This document shows positions 26,001-34,364 of a stretch of DNA of 46,240 nucleotides, piece by piece (the first letter of the stretch is position 1; every line of letters starts with the position of its first letter). This DNA comes from an uncultured Staphylococcus sp. GTDB lineage: Bacteria; Bacillota_I; Bacilli_A; RFN20; CAG-826. Under the pieces are notes generated by a model. That model worked only from the letters and a program-made list of their open reading frames with translations. It ran no database searches and was not told the origin of the DNA. The DNA lies in contig CAZOHK010000002.1 of NCBI GenBank assembly GCA_964579925.1, positions 1 through 46,240 of the forward strand, written 5' to 3'. The translations under genes and the position numbers were made by a program.

Positions 26001-27475
26001 ACGCGAACAAAGTTCCAGATATTGATTTAAACTTTCCGCGCGATTACCAATCGCTTGCCCATGAAGCTACCAAACAACTTTTAGGTGATCATCAAGTTTA
26101 TCGGGCTGGGACCATTGAAACCGTTGCAGAAAAAACCGCTTATGGTTACGTCAAAGGTTACTTTGAAGCCATCGGTGAAGATTTGAGCACCTTAAAACAA
26201 GCAGAACTCACGTATCTTGCAAAAAAAGCAGAAGGAGTTCGGAGAACCTCTGGGCAACATCCTGGCGGGATTGTGGTGGTTCCTAAAGAGTTTAGCGTCT
26301 ATGATTTTACCCCAATTCAACGCCCTGCTGACAACCAAGAAACCAGCATCATCACTACTCATTTTGCATTTGATTCGCTTCACGATTCGCTTTTAAAATT
26401 TGACATGTTAGGCCACGTTGATCCGATGGCCTTAAAAATGAATGCGGATTTAACTGGCATGAAGATTGATGATATTCCATTAAATGACCCAGATGCCTTA
26501 AGGTGTTTTGCTTCCGATGATGTGTTAAAGCGAAAAGAAAACTACTTAGAAATGGTCAATGGAGCAATGGGTTTACCTGAGTTTGGAACGAATTTAGGGA
26601 TGGATATTTTAAACGTCATTAATCCAAAAACCTTTAATGATTTGGTGATTATTTCAGGATTGGCACACGGCACTGATGTCTTTAATGGTAATGCGCGTAA
26701 TCTTATCACCGATAAAGTCGCCACCGTGGATGAAGTCATCGGTTGCCGAGATGACATCATGACGTATTTAACATCCAAAGGCATTGATGCCTTGATTGCG
26801 TTTAAAATTATGGAAGATGTCCGAAAAGGTAAAAAGCTAACGAAAGAATATGCGGAATTGATGCGTTCGGTCAATGTTCCAGAGTTTTATATCGAATCTT
26901 GCAACAAAATTAAATATTTATTCCCGAAAGCCCACGCGGTCGCTTATGTGACGATGGCAGTTCGGGTTGCTTACTTTAAAGTTCATCATCCACTCGCTTA
27001 CTATGCAACTTACTTTAGTTTACGTTCGAAACAATATGACTATGATTTGATGCGTGCATCGAGTAAAGAAATTTATCAACAATTACAACGATTCAAACGT
27101 CAAAAGAATGAATTAAAGAAGAAGTTATCTCCAAAAGAAGCAGATTTAGAAGTCACCTTGATGAATGTATTAGAAATGAAAGAACGCGGCTATGAGATTC
27201 TACCTTTAGACATCGATAAATCACAAGCCGAAACTTTTTTGATTGATGAGGACCGTCGGGGTTTAATTCCTCCGTTTACGATTGTAGATGGGGTAGGTTC
27301 TAACGCTGCCCAGTCCATCATCGTTGCAAGAAAAGAAAGAAAGTTTGTTAGTGCAAAAGACCTTGGCAATCGTACAAAATTATCGACCACCAATATCGAA
27401 AAATTAAAAAATCTAGGGGCGCTTAAGTCGATGGAAGAAGAAGAATCGGTTTCTTTGTTTTCATTTGCCGATTAA
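23093..27475 (+). CDS. polC: DNA polymerase III PolC-type alpha subunit
   Basis: PHP motif VELHLHTKMSTMDG. Exonuclease motifs VVFDLETTGLS, HNAPFDMGF and HRAIYDAE. Also a zinc module CPQC..CPQC and a polymerase core including GSRGSVGSS. Start is GTG 23093, or ATG 23105. Confidence 0.95.
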   Translation: MQEKMVRFLQTLGIDDAEMFDLQFEAVTKHPFNPQQWDMVITKDRPWTFSQLEPFLKGIALLNYPTSFTFTYREAPTLENILNLFLEWHLHHYREPFGRLPIVNGQTIRLTYPDQEAFEQDKPKWTAFNDILLFIQYPLVFKHIITKAKPKIDQEKVDHLQEQVKAVIESRQDQEDQDIFVREHLQRIKEAETQLALSYEQGVKQQVNVEAKKKLRQKGDYVPTALKDIKLNSGHVEIVGTIYNMFRREFNGNLVIRFVLAEGDHAILASISDRDADIDEQLAQSLNDGDRVRLRGGIALDQINQEPRLFAKECVKLPPLPLREDLHTRKRVELHLHTKMSTMDGVGDIDAYCALAKHMGHTALAITDHGVVQGFPEAQAAAKKHGIKMIYGAELYMIDETIAHIMNPANVSLKETDYVVFDLETTGLSSRYDRIIEIGAIRMKKGEVVDRLSLLIHPKDVEISATASEVSGITMAMLKGQPTFEDVKNKIQSFFANAIVVSHNAPFDMGFMVAAFTRLGVTFQPPVIDTLTLSRYLYPEANSHRLGALAKRLDVPFEEDKAHRAIYDAEVLVSIWDALRQKISTEHHILKHQDLNQLNQVNTLSKNLRNYHVTVLARNPKGLKALYELISLSHLDFFADVPRTPRHLILSHREHLLLGSACMNGEVFEVAKTGSREALEKVMGMYDFIEIQPLEQYDYLVHTGTLPSLSMVKTLLNEIITVAKSLNKKIVATGDCHYVNPDDHLIRDVYIFAKGLKGVNHPMNPYFRKDLPKFENPRQHFRSTDEMLKAFDWLPKEDAERMVIDEPLAIASMIQSMEPIQAVLRTPKIDGADQMLKDICYAQAHRQYGKTLPALIQERLDTELNGIIKSGYSVIYYITSKIIAEANQKGFIVGSRGSVGSSFAATMAGITEVNPLPPHYYCPQCQHVEFTNNPNIKSGFDLPVSLCPQCGHLLKGDGQNIPFATFLGFNANKVPDIDLNFPRDYQSLAHEATKQLLGDHQVYRAGTIETVAEKTAYGYVKGYFEAIGEDLSTLKQAELTYLAKKAEGVRRTSGQHPGGIVVVPKEFSVYDFTPIQRPADNQETSIITTHFAFDSLHDSLLKFDMLGHVDPMALKMNADLTGMKIDDIPLNDPDALRCFASDDVLKRKENYLEMVNGAMGLPEFGTNLGMDILNVINPKTFNDLVIISGLAHGTDVFNGNARNLITDKVATVDEVIGCRDDIMTYLTSKGIDALIAFKIMEDVRKGKKLTKEYAELMRSVNVPEFYIESCNKIKYLFPKAHAVAYVTMAVRVAYFKVHHPLAYYATYFSLRSKQYDYDLMRASSKEIYQQLQRFKRQKNELKKKLSPKEADLEVTLMNVLEMKERGYEILPLDIDKSQAETFLIDEDRRGLIPPFTIVDGVGSNAAQSIIVARKERKFVSAKDLGNRTKLSTTNIEKLKNLGALKSMEEEESVSLFSFAD

Positions 27476-27495
27476 ATAGGTAAAATAGATTGACT

Positions 27496-27572
27496 CGGGA
27501 TGTGGCGTAGCTTGGTAGCGCGCTTGGTTCGGGACCAAGAGGTCGTGGGTTCGAATCCCATCATCCCGACCA
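27496..27572 (+). tRNA. tRNA-Pro (anticodon CGG), CCA encoded
   Basis: Cloverleaf: acceptor CGGGATG/CATCCCG, anticodon arm CTTGG-TTCGGGA-CCAAG, T-arm GTGGG-TTCGAAT-CCCAT. Confidence 0.9.
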
Positions 27573-27580
27573 TGATACAT

Positions 27581-27605
27581 AAGGTGACAGGTTCACCTTT
27601 TTTTT
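27581..27605 (+). terminator. Rho-independent terminator after polC and tRNA-Pro
   Basis: AAGGTGA-CAGGT-TCACCTT followed by T6. Confidence 0.75.
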
Positions 27606-27630
27606 ATGGCGTCGATAAAAAATCGTTATA

Positions 27631-28932
27631 ATGGATTCGGTAAAGTATATGGAAATCTTCGTTCCTCTAACATTAATCTTGATAACAATTAGTTTGCTCT
27701 GGTTTCCCCAATGGCATGTATTTGGGAAACGGTGGCAATCCTATTGGATCATTTCCTTTCTTGGAGCATTACTAACTTGGATTGCTTCTGGGATGAATGT
27801 AACGTTTTTATTTGAAGCTTGGTCTGGAGATGGCGCGATGAATCCATTAAGGATTTTAAGTTTGTTTTTTGCGTTTACGGTTCTTGCCATCTTTCTTGAT
27901 GAAGTGGGATTCATTAAATATTTATCGTACCTAGCGCTTTCTAAAGCAGAAACTTCTCAAGCAAAACTTTTCTTGGTTTGGTTTTTGATCGTCGCGGTTG
28001 CCACGACCTTAACGGCTAATGATATTGTGGTTTTAACCTTGACGCCATTTATCATTTATTTATCAAGACACGCAAAGATTTCCCCTATTCCGTATTTAGT
28101 TTCTCAATTTGTTTCGGCGAATACGTGGAGCATGCTATTGATAATCGGAAATCCCACCAACATTTATTTAGCAAGTATGTTCAATATTGATTTTTTATCC
28201 TACGTCCAAATCATGCTGATCCCAACGATCGGCACAGGGATCGTAAGTTATGGGCTCTTGTATTTCATCTTTAGGCGATATTTACGTCAACCGATTTCAA
28301 AACCGACGATGATGATTCATCCACCCCATCCAAGTTATCGCCTAGGAGTCACGATGTTGTTGACTGCAATTGGTTTCATGACGATTGCCCAATGGATTGG
28401 CATTGGCATGGATATCTTAACGGTTGCAAGTGCCCTTGGTTTAATCATCTTGGTGCAAATTCGGTATCCAAAAACCGACCATATTCGATCCACAATCAAG
28501 CGTTTACCCTACGTCATGATTCCGTTTTTCTTGAGTATGGCAGTCCTTGTTCAAGGGATGAACCAACTTGGTTGGTCAGAGACTTTTGCAACGTTCCTGA
28601 AAGCATATTCCCCGGTGTATAGTTTTGGGGTTGGAAGTTTTTTGACGAGTAATATGATCAACAACATTCCCATGAGTTTATGGTTTGCAAATCTCATCAC
28701 CACGATAGAGCCTGGACATGCACAAATCCAAGCAATTTATGCGTCAATAATTGGTTCAAATCTTGGGGCATTATTAACCCCGATTGGTGCACTAGCGGGT
28801 TTGATGTGGATGAGTATTCTCAAAGAAAAACAAGTCAATTTTACGTTTCTGACATTTGTAAAATATGGTTTAATAGTAGCTCCCGTTCTACTCATGGTTG
28901 CTTTATGGGTCTTGGATGTAATTTCTCGATAA
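27631..28932 (+). CDS. ArsB/NhaD-superfamily permease (arsenite or ion/anion transporter, substrate unknown)
   Basis: Polytopic membrane protein of 433 aa with TANDIVVLTLTP and IIGNPTNIYLA motifs typical of the ArsB/CitMHS/NhaD fold. The start (27631 or 27649) is uncertain. Confidence 0.7.
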   Translation: MDSVKYMEIFVPLTLILITISLLWFPQWHVFGKRWQSYWIISFLGALLTWIASGMNVTFLFEAWSGDGAMNPLRILSLFFAFTVLAIFLDEVGFIKYLSYLALSKAETSQAKLFLVWFLIVAVATTLTANDIVVLTLTPFIIYLSRHAKISPIPYLVSQFVSANTWSMLLIIGNPTNIYLASMFNIDFLSYVQIMLIPTIGTGIVSYGLLYFIFRRYLRQPISKPTMMIHPPHPSYRLGVTMLLTAIGFMTIAQWIGIGMDILTVASALGLIILVQIRYPKTDHIRSTIKRLPYVMIPFFLSMAVLVQGMNQLGWSETFATFLKAYSPVYSFGVGSFLTSNMINNIPMSLWFANLITTIEPGHAQIQAIYASIIGSNLGALLTPIGALAGLMWMSILKEKQVNFTFLTFVKYGLIVAPVLLMVALWVLDVISR

Positions 28933-28953
28933 AATTGGTAAAATAGACTCAAT

Positions 28954-29029
28954 GCGGTTGTAACTCAGTGGATAGAGTATCTCACTCCTAAGGAGAAAGT
29001 CGGACGTTCGAATCGTCTCAACCGCGCCA
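28954..29029 (+). tRNA. tRNA-Arg (anticodon CCT), CCA encoded
   Basis: Acceptor GCGGTTG/CAACCGC, anticodon loop CTCCTAA, T-arm GGACG-TTCGAAT-CGTCT. Confidence 0.85.
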
Positions 29030-29039
29030 AGTAAAAAAC

Positions 29040-29540
29040 ATGATCAATTATTTCAAAACTTATATCAGGCGATGGCCATACTTTCTAACCATGTTAGGTT
29101 TATGGTTTATTTTCCATTTACAATTTGATTTGAAGATTTTGATTTCAGGATTGATTGCGAGTTTAGGCATGACGTTATTTAGCTCATCGGTGGTTTATGA
29201 CCAATCTGGATTTAAGTTTAAAAATGTTTCCTTATGGGTGATGATCAAGTACTTCTTTGTTTTGATTGGAGAAATTTTTAAAAGTGCTTGGAGTTATATC
29301 TTGGTTATCTTCCATCGTCAATTTGAAATCGTTGTGTTTGATATGACATTAAGCTTTGATGATCCACTTAAGGTTGCCTTGGTTGCCAATTCAATCACCC
29401 TAACCCCTGGAACGGTGAGCGTCGACGTCAATGGTAAGGTGATCACCGTGATGGCGGTCGTTAACAAAGGGACCAAACAAGCAGAAATTGAAGCACCAAT
29501 TCGTGAACGCTTTGAAGCATTATTGAAAGGTAAACGATGA
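29040..29540 (+). CDS. mnhE: Mrp/Mnh-type cation:proton antiporter subunit E
   Basis: LVANSITLTPGTVSVDV motif typical of MnhE/MrpE. It is the first gene of a translationally coupled cluster. Confidence 0.7.
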   Translation: MINYFKTYIRRWPYFLTMLGLWFIFHLQFDLKILISGLIASLGMTLFSSSVVYDQSGFKFKNVSLWVMIKYFFVLIGEIFKSAWSYILVIFHRQFEIVVFDMTLSFDDPLKVALVANSITLTPGTVSVDVNGKVITVMAVVNKGTKQAEIEAPIRERFEALLKGKR

Positions 29541-29812
29541 GTGTTATCCAGGACTTTATCCCCATCACGATGGCAATGCTTGTTTTGTCGATGATGGCGT
29601 TTTTTTTCAAAATCTTTTTTACCAAATACGTTTGGACTAGATTGTTATTATTAAATTTAATCTCTGCAAAAGTCATTTTGGTTTTAGTTTTATATGCGGT
29701 ATACGAATCGAACGAAATGTTCCTTGATATTGCGCTCACTTATGGTGTGATTAGCTTTTTAACGATGACCTTATTCTCAAAATTTGTTATTGCCGGTGGT
29801 AAGGAAAAATGA
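29537..29812 (+). CDS. mnhF: Mrp/Mnh antiporter subunit F
   Basis: 91 aa with 3 TM segments. The FLDIALTYGVISFLTMTLFSKF C-terminus resembles MnhF. ATGA overlap with the previous gene. Confidence 0.65.
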   Translation: MSVIQDFIPITMAMLVLSMMAFFFKIFFTKYVWTRLLLLNLISAKVILVLVLYAVYESNEMFLDIALTYGVISFLTMTLFSKFVIAGGKEK

Positions 29813-30114
29813 TATTTCTTGGTGGATTCATTTTAATCGTCAGTTGGTTGTTTATCATTTTTGGTGTAGTTGCCATTTTTGCTTTCTCTAACCTATATAT
29901 GCGGATCATTGCCTCGACGATTATCGATACCGTTGCCTCCATCCTCGTCATTGTTGCTGCGATTTCGATGATGTTTGAAATTGGATTCATTTTTCGCTTG
30001 ACTCTATTAATCCTTTTTATTGTCCTGACCTCACCTATTTCCACACATGTGAATATCCGTTCAGCATATTTAAGTCATTTACCTTTGAAACATGATGAGG
30101 AAAAAAAGCAATGA
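29809..30114 (+). CDS. mnhG: Mrp/Mnh antiporter subunit G
   Basis: 101 aa with 3 TM segments. Has YMRIIASTIIDT and LTSPISTHVNIRSAY, resembling MnhG (RlHa..k / t.Pv..H...rAA). ATGA overlap with the previous gene. Confidence 0.65.
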   Translation: MIFLGGFILIVSWLFIIFGVVAIFAFSNLYMRIIASTIIDTVASILVIVAAISMMFEIGFIFRLTLLILFIVLTSPISTHVNIRSAYLSHLPLKHDEEKKQ

Positions 30115-30659
30115 ATGAATGGTTAGGGATACTCTTTCAAATCTTTTTAATCCTCACTGCCCTGGCAGTGGTTTTCCATAAAAACCATTTTACGATTATC
30201 ATTTTGATGTCTGTTTTTTCTATCGTTGCAGCTACTTTATATACGATAAATCAAGCACCGGATGTTGCGATTGCGGAGGTTGCAATCAACGCTGCCATCA
30301 TTCCATTAATTTATGTGATTGCGATATCTCGGCAACGAGAATTGATTGTTTTCGATAAACTTCATCATGGTGAAATAGATCCAAATCTTCCATTGGTCGG
30401 AGACATATACGAATACTTAAATCAATTTTCAATGAAACATAAACTGAAATTAAACATGTGTCGTGATTTGGATGGCAATGACAAAACCGTTTTCTCAGAT
30501 TTAAATGTTGATGTGCTCGTGGATATGGATCAGGCAAAACAGCAATACATCCTAAAAGGAAAATCAAGTAATGTCTTGATGAAAAAAATGATGAAAGACT
30601 TGAAGGGCAAAAAACATATTCGCTTCATCATGGTCGAAGAAGGAGAAAATCTTGATTAG
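30111..30659 (+). CDS. DUF4040 / MrpA-C-terminal-like (MbhD-like) membrane domain fused to an uncharacterised hydrophilic domain of about 105 aa
   Basis: The N-terminal ~75 aa hold 2-3 TM segments with the APDVAIAEVAINAAI motif. The remainder is charged and Lys-rich, and I could assign no motif to it. Confidence 0.55.
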   Translation: MNEWLGILFQIFLILTALAVVFHKNHFTIIILMSVFSIVAATLYTINQAPDVAIAEVAINAAIIPLIYVIAISRQRELIVFDKLHHGEIDPNLPLVGDIYEYLNQFSMKHKLKLNMCRDLDGNDKTVFSDLNVDVLVDMDQAKQQYILKGKSSNVLMKKMMKDLKGKKHIRFIMVEEGENLD

Positions 30660-31344
30660 AAGAATATTGACGATTCCATTGTTAATTGCAGTATTTGTTG
30701 TTTTTGCCTTGGCATTGGTGGACTATGAACTTTTATACCAAGATAGTGCAAGAATCTTCTATCAAACATTTGGTTATCCATTGACTGGTTCTTTGAACCT
30801 TGTCACCGCGATTTATTTAGATTTTCGTCTACTAGATACCTTATTCGAGGCTGGCATCTTGTTGGTGGCAGTCACCGGGGTAAGCTACATCGCACAACAT
30901 GAAAATGTTGAACATAATCCCTTGTTCATGCTTGATAAATTTAAGATTCCTGAACTGTTTGTATCGTTAGCAAGAATCATCTATCCAATCGTGTTGCTAT
31001 TTGGAATTTACGTCATCTTTAATGGACACCTTGCTCCGGGTGGTGGGTTTCAAGGCGGTTCAATTTTAGCAACTGCGCTCCTCATTCTTTACTACATTGA
31101 TTTGAAGAAGAAGACCAATCTCCAAACCATTTTTACGATTGAAAAATGGCTTTATCTTCTTTTACTCGTCATTAGCATGGTCAGTTTTTTCACCCGTGGT
31201 GAATGGTTCACCAATTTTGCTCCACTTGAAAGTGATCTGCTGGTCAAGAGTATCTTTTTGATTATGTTGAATTTAATCATTGGTACCAAAGTGGCATTGG
31301 GTTTAACGGCGATTTTTATCGCTTTCTTAAAGGAAGGTCGATAA
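30652..31344 (+). CDS. mnhB: Mrp/Mnh antiporter subunit B
   Basis: LVTAIYLDFRLLDTLFEAGIL (MnhB VTAI..DfR..DTLgE motif) and GGGFQGG. TTG start 8 nt after a GAAGGAG SD. Confidence 0.7.
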   Translation: MIRRILTIPLLIAVFVVFALALVDYELLYQDSARIFYQTFGYPLTGSLNLVTAIYLDFRLLDTLFEAGILLVAVTGVSYIAQHENVEHNPLFMLDKFKIPELFVSLARIIYPIVLLFGIYVIFNGHLAPGGGFQGGSILATALLILYYIDLKKKTNLQTIFTIEKWLYLLLLVISMVSFFTRGEWFTNFAPLESDLLVKSIFLIMLNLIIGTKVALGLTAIFIAFLKEGR

Positions 31345-31665
31345 ATGGAACCGTTATTAACTGTGATAGTGATCTTAATTGGCATGTATGGTTTGATTAG
31401 CAGTGAAACGATCATCAAGTCTGTGTTTTCTGCAACGATGATTGAATCCGGTGTCATTTTACTTTTTTTAAACTTAGGAGCAATTCAGGGTGGGGTGATC
31501 CCGATTGCTGATGGAGTCAACATCGTCATCGTCGATCCGATTCCTCAGGCTTTAATGATTACCACGATTGTGATTGGTTCAACGGTGACCTCATTGGCGC
31601 TCATCCTTAGTATTAAAGTTTTCCATAATAATGGATCAATCGAATGGAAGGATATGAGCAAATGA
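31345..31665 (+). CDS. mnhC: Mrp/Mnh antiporter subunit C (NuoK-like)
   Basis: 106 aa with the VDPIPQALMITTIVIG motif. Confidence 0.75.
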   Translation: MEPLLTVIVILIGMYGLISSETIIKSVFSATMIESGVILLFLNLGAIQGGVIPIADGVNIVIVDPIPQALMITTIVIGSTVTSLALILSIKVFHNNGSIEWKDMSK

Positions 31666-33275
31666 TGAGTCAAGTTCCTGTCCTGCTTTTGTTTTTACCT
31701 ATCTTTGTTGCCTTAATCATCTATTTGGTGAAATCAAACCACATCCATTGGCTTGTCTTCCCGATGCAAATCGCCTTAATGCTTGCCTTTGTTTTTTATG
31801 TGCTTGCGTGGAAAGAGGATCCTTCGATTGGCTTATTGATTTTTGGTGGATGGAGCGAAACGATTGCGATCACGTTTTATCTTGACGCGTTAAACCTTAC
31901 CTTTATTGGCTTAACTTTATTTTTCTTTTCCATCATTTTCTTTTATTCATTTAAAGCCAATTATCAAGAGAAGAAGTATTTCTTTTTCTTGAGCTTTTTA
32001 CAATCGGTTTTTCTTGGCATGCTGATGACCAATGATTTGTTTAATTTATTCGTCTTCTTAGAATTGATTGCGTTATTGGTGACCTTGTTGATTACGTATC
32101 GGAAGGCTGAACATGCCTTAAAAGCAGGGTTACAATACTTGCTACTTGCCTCGATGGCGTCAATCCTTTATTTGGTTGGTGTGCTATTACTTTATTATGT
32201 TTTTGGTCACCTCAATATTCGTCTTATGGGTGAAACGATGGCCAACGTTATTGACACCAACGTGGTGAAATTAGCATATGGATTGATGATGGTTGGTTTT
32301 TGTTTAAAGGGTGCAGTCTTTCCTTTGTATGCTTGGTTACCAAAAGCTCATGGCGTTGCCCCTTCTTCCGTCTCAGCATTGTTATCGGGCTTGATTGTAA
32401 AAGCCGCACTTTATTTGGTCATGCGCATCGATGGGTTTTTGTTTGGGTCACCTTATGGATTTTCAACCGTTTTGTTTTGGTTAGGGATGGTTTCTGCATT
32501 GGCAGGTGTTATCTTCGCGATGGTGCAAAAAGATTTGAAACAAATCTTGGCTTATCACACGGTTTCACAAGTTGGATTAATGTTGATTGGATTATCTTTT
32601 GATCAAGGAACTTCCTTTATCGGGGGATGGATGCATGTCATTCACCACGCCATTTTTAAAGGATTGTTATTCTTGGCCGTGGGTGTCATCATCAAAGCTT
32701 ATCAAACCAAAAAAGTTTACGACATCCGTGGCGTCTTTAAATCTTTACCTTGGACCGCTGTCTTGTTAATCATCGGAATGTTATCGATTACCGGAGCACC
32801 CTTCTTTAATGGTTACGTCAGTAAGACGATGATCAAGTATGCCTTCAAAGGTGATCAAATCTTGATGTTCCTTTTCAATCTCATTAATTTAGGAACGATG
32901 ATTTCATTTAGTAAAGTCGCAATGATTCTGTTCGGAAAACCAATTCAACCGGTGTTGGTAAAACGTGCAAGTATGAGTCAACATATTCCAATGACTTTGC
33001 TTGCAATCAGTTCACTGGTCATTGGCCTATTCTACCAACCCATCATGGAAGCTATCTATGGTTTTTCACCTTATGCAGTCGAATTGCAACAAGGGTCAAT
33101 TTACCTTGATTACGTGTTTTGGGCTTCCCTTGGGTTTAATTTGTATTACTTCTTTATTCGCAAAGACTTTAAACCATTGATTTTTATTCGTGAATTCAAG
33201 ATGACGTTTCCAACCTCCAATTTTTTGTTATTGGGTTTTTTAGTGTCGATCTTCGCTTTCTTGTATCTAAGATGA
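31662..33275 (+). CDS. mnhD: Mrp/Mnh antiporter subunit D (NuoN/NuoM-like, MbhH-like)
   Basis: Proton_antipo_M-type core (LELIALLVT..KAGLQYLLL, LPKAHGVAPSSVSALLSG, AYHTVSQVG). Start set at the ATG that overlaps the mnhC stop, preceded by GGAAGGA. Confidence 0.85.
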   Translation: MMSQVPVLLLFLPIFVALIIYLVKSNHIHWLVFPMQIALMLAFVFYVLAWKEDPSIGLLIFGGWSETIAITFYLDALNLTFIGLTLFFFSIIFFYSFKANYQEKKYFFFLSFLQSVFLGMLMTNDLFNLFVFLELIALLVTLLITYRKAEHALKAGLQYLLLASMASILYLVGVLLLYYVFGHLNIRLMGETMANVIDTNVVKLAYGLMMVGFCLKGAVFPLYAWLPKAHGVAPSSVSALLSGLIVKAALYLVMRIDGFLFGSPYGFSTVLFWLGMVSALAGVIFAMVQKDLKQILAYHTVSQVGLMLIGLSFDQGTSFIGGWMHVIHHAIFKGLLFLAVGVIIKAYQTKKVYDIRGVFKSLPWTAVLLIIGMLSITGAPFFNGYVSKTMIKYAFKGDQILMFLFNLINLGTMISFSKVAMILFGKPIQPVLVKRASMSQHIPMTLLAISSLVIGLFYQPIMEAIYGFSPYAVELQQGSIYLDYVFWASLGFNLYYFFIRKDFKPLIFIREFKMTFPTSNFLLLGFLVSIFAFLYLR

Positions 33276-33319
33276 GATTGAATTATCCGTAATTCTTTGT
33301 TAAAGTGTAAAAGCAATTT

Positions 33320-33395
33320 GGGGCTGTAGCTCAGCTGGGAGAGCGCCTCCATGGCATGGAGGAGGTCGCGAGTTCAATCCTCGTCAGCTCCACCA
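33320..33395 (+). tRNA. tRNA-Ala (anticodon GGC), CCA encoded
   Basis: Acceptor GGGGCTG/CAGCTCC with the G3:U70 Ala identity pair. Anticodon arm CCTCC-ATGGCAT-GGAGG. Confidence 0.9.
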
Positions 33396-33405
33396 AAATG
33401 CAAGT

Positions 33406-33434
33406 AAAAACCCTTCTTTTAGAAGGGTTTTTTT
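33406..33434. terminator. Bidirectional terminator between tRNA-Ala (+) and the aldo-keto reductase gene (-)
   Basis: Perfect 11-bp stem AAAAACCCTTC / GAAGGGTTTTT, flanked by an A-run on one side and a T-run on the other. Confidence 0.75.
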
Positions 33435-33436
33435 AT

Positions 33437-34264
33437 TTAACGATAATCGAGGTTTTCTAGCATTAGAAATTGTTTGACATCTGACTGGTCAAGTTTAAAG
33501 TCCAATTGACCATTTTCAATAATCCTCGTTGGATGGGTAGATTTTGGTAAGGTAATCGCACCAAGTTCAATCGTGAAACGAATTGCAATTTGGGCTGGGG
33601 TTTTACCATATTTCTTTGCCAACACATTCAATTGCTCTAATTTAAAGATTCTCCCGGTTGCAAGGGGAGAGTATGCTTCAATGGCAATGGCTTTGCTTTG
33701 ACAAAACGCACGTAATTCTTTTTGAGGACGACCAATCCAAAGTGGGATTTGGTTGACATGGGGAAGCACATCAATGCCCTTAAACAATTTTTCTAAATGA
33801 TGGATTTCAAAATTGGAAACTCCGATTGAACGAATTTTCTTTTCTCGATACAAGACTTCCATCGCTTTCCATGCAGCAATATTACCTTGGCTATAATCTG
33901 GATTACTTTGCCATTCACTCCATGGCCAAGGAGCGTGAATTAAATACAGATCGATATAGTCGACCCCAAGACGTTTTCGGGATTGTTCAAATTCGATGAA
34001 CGTTTGTTCGTAGTTTTTTAAATGCGAATGTAGTTTCGTTGTAATGAAAATATCTTTTCTTGGAATCCCTGAATCTTTAATGGCCCGACCAACCGAACTT
34101 TCGTTACCATAGGCCGCCGCCGTATCAATATGGCGATAACCTGCAGTTAATGCAGAAAGAGTAGATGCATACGCTTCTTCGCCTTCCTTAATCTGCCACG
34201 TACCAAATCCAAGTAAAGGAATCACAACGCCATTGCTTAATTTGATTGAATCTTTTAATATCAT
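33437..34264 (-). CDS. Aldo/keto reductase (2,5-diketo-D-gluconate reductase-like, YtbE/YvgN type)
   Basis: GFGTWQ, GYRHIDTAAAYGNE, DLYLIHAP and the IPKS-like TLPKSTHPTRI motif. Confidence 0.9.
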   Translation of the reverse strand: MILKDSIKLSNGVVIPLLGFGTWQIKEGEEAYASTLSALTAGYRHIDTAAAYGNESSVGRAIKDSGIPRKDIFITTKLHSHLKNYEQTFIEFEQSRKRLGVDYIDLYLIHAPWPWSEWQSNPDYSQGNIAAWKAMEVLYREKKIRSIGVSNFEIHHLEKLFKGIDVLPHVNQIPLWIGRPQKELRAFCQSKAIAIEAYSPLATGRIFKLEQLNVLAKKYGKTPAQIAIRFTIELGAITLPKSTHPTRIIENGQLDFKLDQSDVKQFLMLENLDYR

Positions 34265-34364
34265 GCTTTACTCCTTAAAATAATTATAGTCCAAAAGAAA
34301 AAGCATCCATACGAAAATAACTTTGAAATTCGTTATAATTATGGTGTAAAGGAAATCAATATTT

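Noticed and set aside
27627-27632. TATAAT box overlapping the annotated permease start codon
   Set aside because: There is no convincing -35 or extended -10, and the box conflicts with ATG 27631. I noted it only as a reason for uncertainty about the start (27631 versus 27649), not as a promoter call.
27496-33395. tRNA-flanked permease and mrp segment as a tRNA-targeted genomic island
   Set aside because: There is no integrase. I noticed no direct repeat of a tRNA 3' end. The genes are tightly co-oriented with the tRNAs, which fits co-transcription better than integration. This was not exhaustively searched by eye.
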